A stretch of DNA of 64,000 nucleotides, from NCBI RefSeq assembly GCF_036321535.1, contig NC_087436.1:84012001-84076000 (forward strand), read 5' to 3'. Under the pieces are notes generated by a model that saw only the letters and a list, made by a program, of their open reading frames with translations, did not search any database and was not told the DNA's origin. Source of the stretch: Camelus dromedarius. Its lineage: Eukaryota. The position numbers were made by a program, and so were the translations under genes. Shown piece by piece: positions 24,786 through 37,413 of this stretch (the first letter of the stretch is position 1; each line of letters begins with the position of its first letter).

Positions 24786-24998
24786 GGGTGCACATCCATC
24801 CCCAGACCTGTGTATGGATGTGCACCCCTTTAACAGACACATGATATGGGTGCACTTCACCTCCAACCCCAGGTCTGTGTATGGAGGGGCACCCGTTCTC
24901 AAAGAGACACATGATACAGGTGCACTTCATCTCCACCCTCAGGCCTGGGGGTGGAGGGGCACCCCATCTCATAGACACATGACACAGGGTGCCCCATG
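24786..24998. repeat. Palindromic tandem repeat of about 60-70 bp, right array
   Basis: Three units of the same hairpin plus AGACACATGA linker. Perfect 14-bp inverted repeat at 24786-24799 and 24814-24827. A partial unit also lies at about 24414-24437. Confidence 0.85.
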
Positions 24999-25073
24999 GG
25001 CAAAGAGTGGGAAGATAAATAATGGGAAAAACCTAATGAAATAAAGTTTCTTTCTAGATTCCTCAGGGGCCAA

Positions 25074-25701
25074 TGAGACAGGAGGGAAGGGGGCAGGTCA
25101 CAGCCACTCAAGGAATGACAGCAACCAAATTGGTGGAAGAGTCCCCTCCTAGTTGGCCTTGAGGATTAAGAGGTTTGACTTCTAATAGACCTTGAGCTTC
25201 ATTATATGCTCACTGTAACAGCATGATCAAATAACATGCCCGCAGGCACCATGACAGCCCCAAGGCTAACCACAAAAGGCCAAAGAATGGGCGGTGGCCC
25301 AATCCCTGGGAATGCCAGCCCCTTCCCCAGGGCAGTTGGATTGATCCCACCTGTGGGCATGTGAAGCTATTGAGACCACAAAAAGTGACACCACCATGCC
25401 TGGTTGCCCTTTGTGCTCTCTCTCCCCTTTGGAGACGGCCCGCACTGTCTGTGGAGTGTGTACCTACTTTTACTTTAACCTAAGCACCCAATTCCAACAC
25501 CTCTTTCCTTACCTTTCTCTTGCCTTACACTATGCAGTATGTATCTCTCTAAATAAATCTACCTTTACTCAATAGTGGCTCGCACTTGAATTCTTTCTTG
25601 CGCAAAGCCAAGGACCCACACTTGGCAGGGCACATCCCCAGGGCTCATCCGAGAACTGGGACTCGGCCCTCCTTACACCCCACATCCGATTTCCTGCATC
25701 A
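25074..25701 (+). mobile_element. Complete LTR (probably solo), same family as 23821-24330
   Basis: TGAGACAGG...CCTGCATCA termini; AATAAA near 25552 followed by U5-like sequence; no clean TSD. Confidence 0.8.
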
Positions 25702-25873
25702 CTATCTCTGGGCTGATGAGTCTAGAGCCATTTCCAATAAAGGAGAATGCATACCCCACCTTTAGGTAGAAAAAGAGAAAGGAAAGACAGCTATATCTTA
25801 ACTGGCTTATCTCAAAATGATTTTTATTTCAAAGAGCCATATTATGGGTGACATAATCTGGTTTCCTTCAACA
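25702..25873 (-). mobile_element. 5' end of an older ERV1-type LTR on the minus strand (probable host of the 25074-25701 LTR)
   Basis: Minus strand begins TGTTGAAGGAAACCAGATTATGTCACCCATAATATGG, an ERV1-LTR-like start. Confidence 0.55.
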
Positions 25874-26689
25874 GTAAATGCTTAGATACCAATCAGTGTT
25901 CTAAATGCTTTATATAGAAAAAAACATTTAATCTTTTATAGCACTAAAAGTGGGTACCATTATTATCCCCCTGGTCAAGGTCACATGGAAATGGCGGAAC
26001 TATGTTTGCAACACGGGCAGTCTGACTCCAGATCCAGTGCTCTTCACTGGCCCATCATAGCACTGAATTGTAATTGTCTACCTCCCCCCAGTAAACTGTA
26101 TATTTTTGTGGTCAAGTACAATGTCTTCTTTGTTATTTGGTACCCAACCTTCAACACAGTGGGTGCCCAGTAATACTTTTGTTCAGATGAATCAGTTTTC
26201 TTGGGTTTGATTTTCTGTCAGAAAATGGGTGATAAAAACAGCAAAAACTCACTCTGCCAACCTCCATTTAAACAACTCACAAACAGAGGACCCTCTCCTT
26301 TCTCTCTGAACAAATCCCACAGCAGATCAATCACTCACTGGTTGTAGACAGACTTCTCTCTTGTAGACTATTTTCCGTAAGTCAAGTTGTATTCTCACCA
26401 AAACTCAACTGTGTGTGTTCACAAGCCTGTTATGCGAGTCTCCAGTTTTATTTTAATTAAAAATGGAAAGAGAGCATAAACATAAATGTAAAAACATAAA
26501 GCTGTTTAGATGAGAATTGTGTCAAATGCTTTGGAAAGACTTGCTAAAAGACAAATCGATAAAAACAAAACAAAAATATCCTTGAATTAGGTGTAGGTGA
26601 AGCAACTGTAAATAATTCAGAAATTGTTTTTTTAATTGTATATTACCTTGTCGTGATAGTGTCTTAAAATTCTCACCATATCTTCAAAG

Positions 26690-26865
26690 GTACATTTTAC
26701 TCCCCAGCAGATATTTAGACTGTCATTTTGGTTGTCATGATTGGGGAGTTGTTACTGGCATCTAGTGGATAAAGAACAGAGATGCTACTAAACATCCTAC
26801 AATGCACAGGACAGCCTCAAACAGCAAAGAATTACTTCATCCAAAATATGAATGGGGTCGAGAAA
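26690..26865. mobile_element. MER20-like hAT MITE (similar copies at about 58080-58215, 60035-60228 and 63420-63550)
   Basis: ctggcatctagtgg...gatgctactaaacatcctacaatgcacaggacagcc motif. Confidence 0.7.
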
Positions 26866-27774
26866 TCCCATTTTAAAGAAGCCAAAACAGGAAATCATAG
26901 GTGATTTATTTTGAGTATGATTTTTGCAGTGATAGCACACAGAACTCTAACTAGTTGAAACATTCAAAGGAAAGGTCTTGTGTCTTGTGTCAGTTAGGAT
27001 TAAATTCAGTTGCAAGTAACAATGACTCAAAATAACAGCTAACAGCACTGCCCATCCTAGAATGTGGCCTTCATCCTCCTGGTCTGTAAGATAAAGGTGA
27101 GAACTCCAGGCACCCAGCAGCAAGACGGAAGAATGGACAAAGAAGGATAAAAATTGGGAGAAGCAGAGGACAGGCACCAACTTTCTTTTAAAGGAGGTTC
27201 CCAGAGGCTACTGCACAATAATTCCACTTATATCCCATTGGTCAGTCCTTAATCACGTGGTCACACCTAGCTGCAAGAAAGGGTATCTTATAGTAGGTAG
27301 CATTCCAGCTGGCCACGTGCCCTGTCACTGTCTTACATCAAAAGATTGGCAATTTTTGTTTTCATTTCTATGTTTTAAGATAAAATGTTTAGGGTATATA
27401 TTATTTTTTATTATCGTTTCCTTGCTTTAATTCACCTTTTCAATGAAATGACCAGTTACCGCTTGTCTCAGTCTCACTGGGATAAGAGGGCATCTACTCT
27501 CCTGTGAGAGCAGCCCTGGAACGCAGCATCTCAGTGAGCCTGGGGCAGCCAGAGCACATCAGGCTCCTAAATGGAGCACAGAGGACTGAACGGTGGATAG
27601 AAAGGGGGAAAAAAGAAAACTTTCCTTCAGAGTTTGGCCCATGGCCAGCCCTGCTTAGGTCTTTATAAATTGAGATAATATTAATAGGAATGTATATTTC
27701 ATTAATTTAGAGTGCTAAACAGTTTACGGTGACTTACTGCAAAGTGACGAAAGGTGATCCCCATTTACTAAAAC

Positions 27775-27777
<3 letters not shown>

Positions 27778-27808
<31 letters not shown>
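27778..27808. repeat. (CA)n microsatellite
   Basis: Perfect run. Confidence 0.97.
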
Positions 27809-27811
<3 letters not shown>

Positions 27812-27989
27812 CCCAGAAATACAGCAGGCTGTGTATTTAACTTTCCATTAAAGTGGGACTCTGTACACCATGGTCTGCTCACTGTGACCAGTTCTAGTTT
27901 TGTCCCTGATGGTAGCTGTGGTTCTGAGCAAGACATATGACCTCTCTGGCCTCAATTCCATCAAATCTGAGAGTTGAGTTTCACTACGC

Positions 27990-28420
27990 CATATCAGTCT
28001 TAGGGCCACCATAATAAAGCCACAAACTTGGTGCCTTAAAAAACATAAATTTATCTTCTGACAGTTCCTGAGGCTAGAAGTCTAAACTCAAGGTGTGGCA
28101 GGGTTGGTTCCTTCCAAGGGGTGTGAGGGACAATCTATTTCATTCCTCTCTCCTACTCTCTGGTAGCCTCAGGCAATCCTTGGCTTGTAAACTGCGTTCT
28201 CTCTGTGTCTTCACATGATCTTCCCTCTGTGCATGACTCTGTGTCCAGATTTTCCCTTTTACAAAAAGGACACTAGTCATACTGGATTAGGGCCCACTCT
28301 ACTGACCTCATTTTAACTCGATTATCTATATAAAGACCATCTTTCCTAATAAGGTCACGTTCTGAGGCACTGGGGGTTAGGACTCTAACATATCTGTGGG
28401 GCAGACACAACGAAGCCCAT
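27990..28420 (-). mobile_element. MLT1-type LTR relic
   Basis: aggctagaagtctaaactcaaggtg; cactagtcatactggattagggcccactct; ctgaggcactgggggttaggact. Confidence 0.7.
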
Positions 28421-29404
28421 GACAACCCTTGAAGTCCAGTTCTGAACCTACTTTCTTGAGCACTGCTGCTTAGATGCCAGTATCTTAAAAGTCCAGACAA
28501 GAAGACTAGATTCCCCAGTGCGTCTGGGCCTTATGCCAGGGACTGAGGTGGCAGGCAGCAGGATATTCACGTGGAGATGGTAGTGACGAGCAAATTATGA
28601 AGCTGGAGGATAGTCAAGTAGGTACGGTGGCATGTCCTGGACTTTCATTTAAAAGTCAGCCAGACTGAACCTTCCTCTGAGGTCCTTTTCTTCAAGCATG
28701 TATTGACCCATTGCTTCAACATTGCAGATTTTTACATTAGAAAAACCATTTTTTTGTGGAGAATAGAAATCATTCTGTAGGATGTTTCTAGGAAATCTAG
28801 GGAGACTTGGGTCTTTGTCCTCTCCTCAGCTATTTTGTGATGAGAATGCCTCAGGTTATTCTCCAATTTTGGTCTCCCTTTCTCTTTTCCAGCCAAATTG
28901 CAATCAGTATAAATTACCAGGATGTCCCAGAGACTTTAGCCCCATTTGTTGAAGTGACATGTCCACTTAACTCAGTGAGTGTACTCTGCATGAAAATCTG
29001 ATAACATATTTTTTCTTCCTTTGTGTACTTATAAAATATGTCCTCTTTTCCTTCCTTCCAGTTTTATTGACATATAGCACTGTCTAAGTTTAAGGTGTAC
29101 AGCATAATGATCCGATTTACACACATCAGGTAATATAATTTTACAGAGTAGACTAGCCAAATTTTCTTTAGTTCTTTTCTTGCATTACTTAAGAAGTAGT
29201 GACTCTTTTGTTGGATATAAGAATCAAATGTGACATAAGTAGTTCTGTTTTAATACTGATATCTAAAAAGACACAGAATCCTTCAGTGCTTTTTCTAGGT
29301 CAAAGTTAGAGAATGAGGTATGTAATTAATCAATTGTAGACCAGATAATTAACTGATGTTACTATCCAGGGATGGGAAGTTTCCCAAAATTAAGAATATA
29401 TTAG

Positions 29405-29528
29405 AGGGGGAGAATATAGCTAAAGTGATACAGCGCATGCTTAGCATGCACAATGTGCTGGGTTCAATCCCAGTACCTCCTCTATAAATAAATAAATGAA
29501 CCTAATTACCTCCCCCAACCCCCCCCCC
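29405..29528 (+). mobile_element. tRNA-derived SINE (camelid Vic-type)
   Basis: A/B-box-like head (tatagctaaagtg...gggttcaatccc), tail aataaatgaacctaattacctcccc; flanking repeat AAGAATATA at 29392-29400 and 29529-29537. Confidence 0.85.
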
Positions 29529-30010
29529 AAGAATATACTTAATAGCTAAACTGTGTGAAATAATAAGTGTTCTTTTAAATTCAGAGGACATGTGTAGGTG
29601 ACCCACACACCCTACACTACTAGTCAGAAAACAGGTCTTAATAAGCCTCCCTGGTAGAATGCTCAGTACAAGTGTATTATACCTGATGCCCTCCCATGTA
29701 GCACACCTGACCAGCTCAGATGACCGTGACTCCTCCTCCAGGTGAGCTGCTTTGTACTTCAGGGCTCCGCTCTCTGACCTCGGTCTTCAGTGAGTTACTA
29801 GGTCCTCTCTGAGTGACTCTTCGGGGATGACTCCCTGTGCCCTGGGGTGATGGAAACATAGTAGAGTTGGGCTTTCACCCTCACTGTTTCCTAGATTCAG
29901 CTTTAAAAATGCTTAAGTAAGCATCACCCTGGAAGAATCCAATGTATAATGACATGAGTCTGTTTAATACAAATAGTGGAACAGTTTCAATATGGCAGGT
30001 AACATTGTAA

Positions 30011-30542
30011 TATGGTGGCCCTGAGCAGGCCACCCCCAAATGTGCCTCAACTGCATATTAATTATTTTGAATTAAAGTTACTTAAGACCAAGCCAATGCA
30101 AAAGGGACCCTGACTCTCCTCTCTGTTTGCCTGAAAGAAAGAAATTAATCTCTTGTGAAAGGTGCACTCCTTTCATCTGAAGGTAGGACAGTCTTATCAC
30201 CAGAGATGGGGAATTCAGAACTGAAAAGCTTGGATAAACAAACCTTGTTACTTCGTTTATTTACTACCTGGAGCTGAAACTCTGTTGAGATTCTTTACTA
30301 ATTAAGCACCCAAAAAAAAGTTTGTCTTGTCAATTCCTCACAATTTTATTGGTTTTTCGTCTAAAAAGTATAAAAGCTGCCTGCTTTGGTCACTTACTAG
30401 GTCTCATTTCTAGGAGACCTCTGCGTACACAAATAAAAATTTGGTTCTTTTTCTCCTGTTAGCCTGTCTTGTGTCCATTTTATTATTAGTCTAGCCACAA
30501 GAATTCAAGAGAGTCGAGGGGGATATTTCTTCTACCCCAGCA
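30011..30542 (+). mobile_element. 5' LTR
   Basis: Shares blocks such as GCATATTAATTATTTTGAATTAAAGTTACTTAAGA and GATTCTTTACTAATTAAGCACCCAAA with 36375-36890; ends in CA. Confidence 0.9.
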
Positions 30543-30544
30543 GT

Positions 30545-30562
30545 TGGTGAGCCAGCCAGGAG
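30545..30562 (+). promoter_or_regulatory. Primer binding site, tRNA-Arg(ACG)
   Basis: TGGTGAGCCAGCCAGGAG is a 17/18 match to the complement of the recalled tRNA-Arg(ACG) 3' end (TGGCGAGCCAGCCAGGAG); the mismatch is a CpG transition. It lies 2 nt after the LTR. Confidence 0.85.
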
Positions 30563-32630
30563 ACTGGCTGGAGCTCACTTTCCATCCTGAGGCTACTGCA
30601 GCTGAGAGTTCCTGGGACATCTGATAAAGACCAGCATAAGTTAAGATTTCTTACCACATCAGCGTCCTAGATCTCTGCCTGCAAGGTCTCGTGGAAGGTA
30701 AAGTGGAGAGAGTCCCTTTTCTCCCTCTCTAAATTTAGATTAGCAGGAGAAAACATTTGTTGAGCCAGTTCCTTAGACTTAGCAACTCTTGAGAATTCTT
30801 TTCTTCCTAGAGATGGTCACTGTTTTTCTTAGTCTCTTGTCTATCGTGTTGTTTGCCATAAGGAGGAAGAACCATAGGGCAGAATGCAGGCACAGGCCCT
30901 ATAAACCTGCTGTCTGAGCCAGCCTCACAGACTAGCGAGTTGATGGTTCACACTAGACCTGTGTCTATTTAGACAAAGTTTGCTGTGGCTTTTCTATGTA
31001 AAAACCAGATGAGGTTCTTCCTTCCATTTTGTTTTATGTCTTGAGAGCTTGGCTTTGTGTCCAGTGAGAATATTCTCCCTGGTCTATGCCATTTGGAAGG
31101 TACATTTGGTAGCCTGTTGAATAGATTGGGATGCTTAGACACAAAGTTAGCACTCTGTTTGGCCATGCCAGCTCTCAGGGTGGTTGGTCTTAAGGGGTCC
31201 CAGTTCATAAGGAGCTGGTGTTGTCTTAAACTATGTTGCCTTACTTTCTTTGACTGACCATGGGAGTGAACTTTCTGGATCATGTGAGGGCTATATACTC
31301 TTGTGAGATGCCTCTTGTGTCTTTGGTTAAGCCTTAAGAAAGGCTGATTGGTTTGGGTCACTATTTAAATTAATATTAAAGATCCTACTAGTCAATGGCC
31401 AGACAAAGAATCCTATTTAAATTGGCTATATTTAAGAGGAAAACACTTTTGAGAATTCTCATCATAAACAACTGTTGTATTGATACTTACCAGAAGACCA
31501 AATTGAAAGGAAAAAATAAAGTGTAAGACCAACATAAATTCCCCTTCTAAAAAAAAAAAATTGCCCATCTCCTCAGTAATTCTCCAAGCTCGCCTACAAA
31601 TAAAGAGGAAACAGATCAGCTGGAAACCAATATTCAAGGGCTAACCAAAACAACTGTTTTTGCTTCCAAACCTCTACAAATCCAGAAACACAACAAACCA
31701 AAGCCCACTTATCTTTACCAATCCCCAAACCTTGCCTATTCCTCTCAAAATGCTTCTAGATATTATAAAAGATCAGAATATTGGAGCAAAATTATCCTAT
31801 ACTTTAAAAATTGTTTTAAAATAATAATTATCCTAAGGCTTATGATAATAGACAAATAAATATACTCCAAAACTCCTAGGAGAAAAGTTACATTTTCTTT
31901 CTCTGTCCCTTAAAGCTATAAATCTTATTATGTCTTTGAAATATCAACATAGCCGACCTTGCTTGAGACTGGGCCTAGATTAGCTGAATTGATAGAATTT
32001 GAAACCAAAAAGAAAAAAGAAAAAAAGGGAAAGGGGCCTTTTAAAACACAGACTGCTAAAAGGATTCTTTTGCCCAAATTCTAGGAAATTACAACCCCTC
32101 TACAACTGCTTGTCAAAGACATACAGATCTTAAGTCTTCTCCATAAATAATAAACGTTAGTCATCTGAACAAGTAAACTTGATTCATTCCAACTTTGTTT
32201 ATACACTAGTGAGTTTTGTATTGTACCTGATTCATGACTGAAGTTTTTTGTTGTTGTTTTTTCATGACTAAAGTTTTAAAACTAAAACCAAAAAAACTGG
32301 TTGTGTATATGTCTGTATGGCTATGCTATGGATGTTCTTCTGCCTCTAGATGGTACTGACAAAATTAACTTGTAGAAGAGCTCTATTTAATTGTTTTTTG
32401 TTTAAACAAATTGTTTGTTTACAAGAACTTACATTAAAATATAATAAAAACTAAACCAAATGTTTTTCAAGTTCTAGGATAATCTTTAGGAAATAAAAAC
32501 TAATTTTGAGCTCGTTCATTTAATCAGTATTTGTATGTATTCAGAGTTATCAGTATTCAATATAATGCAGATAAAAAATATTGTTCTACTTGAGTTTACT
32601 TGTCTAGTGGATTTATGTTGTCTCTGTCAC

Positions 32631-32776
32631 AAAGAAAGAAAACGGAAGGAAGGAAGGAAGGGAGAGAGAGAAAGAAATAAAGGAAAGAAAGGAAGAAAGA
32701 AAAGAAAGAAAGGAAGGAAGGAAGAAAGGAAGAGAGAGAAAGGAAGAAAGGAAGAAAAAGGAAGAAAAAGGAAGAA

Positions 32777-32832
<56 letters not shown>

Positions 32833-32855
32833 AAAAAAGAAAGAAAGAAAGAAAA
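32631..32855. repeat. (GAAA/GGAA)n purine tract
   Basis: Near-pure purine run ending in perfect GAAA repeats. Confidence 0.96.
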
Positions 32856-33118
32856 TCTTAAGATAATGACTGCTTTAATGACTCATGAAATTTTCATGAG
32901 TAATCTAAGTACGATTGTTAAGAACAAATGAATTAACTAGATGTAAATGAGGTAAGAGTTTTTAGCTGAGATTTTCAAAAACAATTGTCTTATGATTTGT
33001 ATACTTAGTTTCCTAATTCTCTTTGGTAATTTAATTTATACCCTTAGAGTTTTGCTAAGTTACATTAAATGATGGGAATTCACTGGGTGTCTATATCATT
33101 TCCAAATAAGATAATTAA

Positions 33119-33238
33119 GTGGGAAGGTATAGCTCAGTGGTATAGCACAAGCTTAGCATGCACAAGGTCCTAGGTTCAATCCCGTTTCTCCATTAAATAT
33201 AAATAAATAAACCTAGTTATCTCCCCCCCCAAAAAATC
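33119..33238 (+). mobile_element. tRNA-derived SINE (camelid Vic-type) inserted in the ERV internal region
   Basis: ggtatagctcagtggt...ggttcaatccc; TSD CCAAATAAGATAA at 33102-33114 and 33239-33251. Confidence 0.88.
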
Positions 33239-33673
33239 CCAAATAAGATAAAATACTGAAACATTAATCACTAAAACAAGTCTAAGTTTACCTACTTTTG
33301 ATGTCTTATTACAGAGGAACTAAATATGTTTGGGTCTATTAGTACATATATTTTCCATTTTATTGAAAATATTATACTATAAAGTAACATATATTTCTAG
33401 AAATTATAACATGTGTTTATAAGTTCGCTAAGCCACAAAATGTTAATACAGTTCACAATTATTTACTTCTTTATTTCCCCCCAAATTAAGATTTTAAAAG
33501 ATTAAGAATTCCAATTAATATATTAATTATACTAAAATTAAAAGTACTGGAAATAATAAAAGAAATAAAATGTGTTTGGGGGTAAGTAAAGGTATGGAGG
33601 TGCTTTTGTTAAGGAAAAAGAAAATGATTTTGTCCTAAAGCTGGTTATTTCTAAATGGGAAAGAAAACAAGGG

Positions 33674-33674
<1 letters not shown>

Positions 33675-33745
<71 letters not shown>

Positions 33746-33775
33746 GTGTGTGCACACACACATACACATACACAT
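33675..33775. repeat. Compound (TATATG)n(TATGTG)n microsatellite
   Basis: Direct reading. Confidence 0.95.
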
Positions 33776-36374
33776 AGAAAATTATAAAAAGGTTTGTAAA
33801 AAAAGGACTCTTTAGAAAGGAATTTTATGTGGAATCAGGAATGGCTAAGTTTGGAATTTAATTAAGTAAATGAGTTTTAATATCAAAAGTAAGTTAATAC
33901 AAAATTAAATTTGGTTTTTCTCTCTGTTCAAAGAACAAAACTTTCTTACATTGCTCTGGTCTTAATAAGAAATTATTAAAAAAAAAGGTTTTCTTTACCT
34001 TTAATATAATCTGTCTAGAAAAACAAAGATTCTATATTTTGTCTTTATCAGGTTTTTGATCAGTTAGAAGACAAAACAAAGTCTTTTCAATACTAAAATA
34101 GCTAAGGCTTTTTATAACTATTCAACTTTCTGTATTTGCCAGGGAAATCTTTGTCACTTTGATTAAATGGACAGCTAAGTATTGTTTCACAGTGACCTAT
34201 GATCCTATTTGACCAAGTGTTTTAAAAACTTCTGATATTTTTGACAAAATTCCCAAAAAAAGACTTACTGACCTGGAAATAACTTTGGAGTTTTCCAGAG
34301 GGCCCCTGGAACACCTCAAAAAAATTATTTTCTCTCATTTATAACAGAGATATTAAACTTATCAAGCTTATTTAGTAGGTTAAATTATAATGGGAAGCAT
34401 TGTGAAATAAAGGATGATAAACCTTCTTATGTTATACTATGTGGGTAAGTATTATTAATATAAATGTTATAGAAAATACATGAAATTCCTAGAATTTGGA
34501 TATGTCCTAGCATAATGTTAGTCATAGTTCTAGTTATTATCTTAAAATGATGTGTCTCAGAGATAACCAAATTTCCTTATCAGTTCCATTATAATGAATC
34601 AAATCTTTAATAATGGACATTTTAAAGTCTTTTATCATTTATACACAGTTATTGTTTCATGCAGATGCTTTTACAAAAGCTTCCTGCAAAAAAGTGTTTT
34701 ATCTTCAGGGAAATTCATGGAAAGGAATCTAACAAATATGCTAGAATATAAGTTTCTGATGACTTTCAAATCATACCTGGGTAAGAATTCACAGAACTCT
34801 AATGGAGAAACTGATGGCTTCATAAAATTTCTAACAAAAGATCAAGCGAAGCAAGAATTAATTACATATGACTAAATAAACTGAGAGAGATAATTATAAT
34901 GTTTTATGATTTTTTAAAATTTGAAACATTGCTGTTCTCCTAAATGTTTTGTTTCTCCAGATTTAAGGAAAACACTTCTCTTTTCTCTTACACTTACTAT
35001 GACTTAGAGCAGTTTGGTACAATGTACTTTTGTAAGCAGAATTGAATCATTTATCTTTTTCTCTCTTCTGGATTCCTCCAGAATTCAGAAACTATCAGTG
35101 AGTATTCTTATTTTCTTGGCAATAGAGTTATTTGCGTACGTTCAGTAAGAATCTGTTCTCCTTATAACAGGACACAACTGGAAACACTGATCATATTATC
35201 AAAGCTTTGACTGGAATGTCATATTTGACAGAGATGCATAGACTCAGATATGACCAGACAGCTTTGAGAAACAAAGGTTGACTTTACAGAGCCAATAAAG
35301 CTCCTTAGAAAAACAGCTTTCAGGGCTCACAGCAGCCTTACTAGGTGAGTAAGGAAGGTTACTTCCTGGCAGGCCCAGGACACTGAGGATATTTTGGGGA
35401 CCTCATGAAGAGAGGAATTCACCCAAATCTGTGCCTATTGCAGGCAAAGGCTGATGGTGAATGTGTGGCTTTGTTTCTTAGCCTTGAGAGGCTATTGAAA
35501 ATATAATCTGAGATTCCTTATAAGAAGTTCCAGCAAAGCAGATTTAAAACAGCCTATATGGTCAATCGCTATTCTTACTGTACTTATGTAAACAACCAAG
35601 CCAAGTTTATTGAATCTAGACTTCTTTTGCAAACAGATTAGTCTAATTTGGCTACCTTTGGTAAAAACCGGGGGTAATTACAGAGAGAAAACTGTGTTTC
35701 GGCAGAAACTAAAATACACACTTGTAGATACCAGATCCTAGTTCTGTTCATCGTCTTTGAGGTTTTTGTTATTTACCTGTAAACTAGACTGTATCGTCAA
35801 TTCTTCTAGTATTCTCTAGTGTCTAGCTATGACTCTCCAAACTAACTTTTCCAAACTTCTCCTATTCTTTTGATTTGGAATCACTGAGAACTAAAATTGC
35901 CCTTCTTTTCCTGAAGCTCTGCAAACTGAAGCTAGACAACTTGATACAAACTTAAGGGAAATTGCTGCAACAGCTCATATGTAAACAACCTTTGTGCCTG
36001 TTGCTGTATGAGCCAGAAAGTTTACCTAAACACCTGATGACATCATCAGATATTTCAAATTGCAAAAGATCCTTCAACTCTAACATCTAGAAATCTTAAC
36101 TGACTGCCCTCTGGGCTCAGAAGTGGGTTTACAATCTGCTCCAATCATTAACTTCTGTTTTATTTTGTTTCCATAGATATGCTTCTTATTAAATACATGA
36201 TTGCTTGCACCATAGGCCCGACTTTGGGAACCCATCTGCATTACCATCTCCAGAAATAAGTTTAACTGAACTGACCTATTGTCAAGTCTAAGAGACTGGT
36301 TCAATGAGATGGAAAACACTATCAGCTCAACTTTTAATATGTGAAACTTCCAGGGAAGTTTCAAAGGAAGTAAC

Positions 36375-36890
36375 TGTTGAGGCCCAGGGAAGGGCACCCC
36401 AAAATATGCCTCAATGGCATATTAATTATTTTGAATTAAAGTTACTTAAGAAAGATCCAGTGCAAGAGGGACATTTTGATCCTCCTCTCAGTCTACCTGA
36501 GAGCAGGAAATAAACCTCTCATAAGAAAGGTTCACTCCCTGCATCTGGAGGGAGGACACTCTTATCACCTAACAGAATTCAGAGCTGAAAAGCCTGTATA
36601 AACAAGCTTTGTTAGTTTAATTTACTACCCTGAGCCAAAACTCTGTTTAGATTCTTTACTAATTAAGCACCCAAAGCATAAGTTTCTTTCCCTGTCAATT
36701 CCTCACAGATTTATTGTTTCTTATTCTAAAAAGTATGAAGCTTGCCCGCTTTGGCCACTTATTAGGCCCCATTTCTACAAGACCTCTGTGTGCCATTATT
36801 GAAGTTTCTTTTCCTCCTTTTAATCTGTTTTATGTCCATTTTATTATTAGTCCAGCCACAAAAACTCAGGAGGGGTAGAGGGGGAAATTT
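36375..36890 (+). mobile_element. 3' LTR, last ~15 nt missing
   Basis: Starts TG after the purine tract; homologous to the 5' LTR up to GAGGGGGAAATTT. Confidence 0.88.
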
Positions 36891-37413
36891 AATAATAAAT
36901 GTGTTTTTATGGGGTTGTTCAATTTGCAGGGAAGATGGCCATGATATTAAAGTAATTTGACGCGGACCATGCTGACGGAGCAGCTTACAGAAGAGAAACT
37001 GGATAAAACACCTTCAACTGCACACTAGATGAACTTCATTTTCCCTTTCTCTCTTTTTCTGTGTTTCTTTGCATACAATTTGTTAACCCACATTTTCCAC
37101 GGTGAGATGTGGGAGAAAGCCACAGGCAGTGACTAGTAAGTAAAACAACAAAAAATCCATGTTTTTGGCTTTGGCCACTTGAGTTATTGTGAGGATGACC
37201 TGTGTTGGAATAAACTCAGCAATGTATCAATTATCACTGTTCCCTGTTGAATATCTGTTGTCACATGGCTCCTTTCCTCTGAGGCAAAGATGAATTTCAC
37301 TAAGGGAGGAGTGGAGTCACTGTTGAGGGTAAGGTTTATTCCCTTCCATCTCCCTGAATCTTGGATATTTAATGTATGTGTAACTGGTACAGGGTTCTGC
37401 ACAGAGCAAATAT

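Larger units (their letters stand above)
30011..36890 (+). mobile_element. Non-autonomous ERV1-type provirus with two LTRs
   Basis: Direct repeats at 30011-30542 and 36375-36890, PBS after the 5' LTR, purine tract (aaaggaag) before the 3' LTR. AT-rich internal region with no recognisable pol. Confidence 0.88.

Noticed and set aside
24786..24998. CRISPR-like array of palindromic repeats
   Set aside because: Mammalian DNA; the linkers are conserved rather than unique, the repeats are divergent, and there are no cas genes.
24586..25044. 152-aa ORF and overlapping ORFs
   Set aside because: They arise from the TA-rich low-complexity tract and the tandem repeat.
23821..25701. The two related LTRs as the 5' and 3' LTRs of one provirus
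   Set aside because: The first follows a purine tract and lacks U5 and a PBS, the spacer between them is not retroviral interior, and they differ by sizeable indels.
32535..32861. 108-aa Lys/Arg/Glu-rich ORF
   Set aside because: Translation of the (GAAA)n microsatellite.
33119..33195. tRNA gene (also at 29405, 39829, 45817 and the minus-strand copies)
   Set aside because: tRNA-like heads followed by the SINE tail, most with TSDs; these are SINEs.
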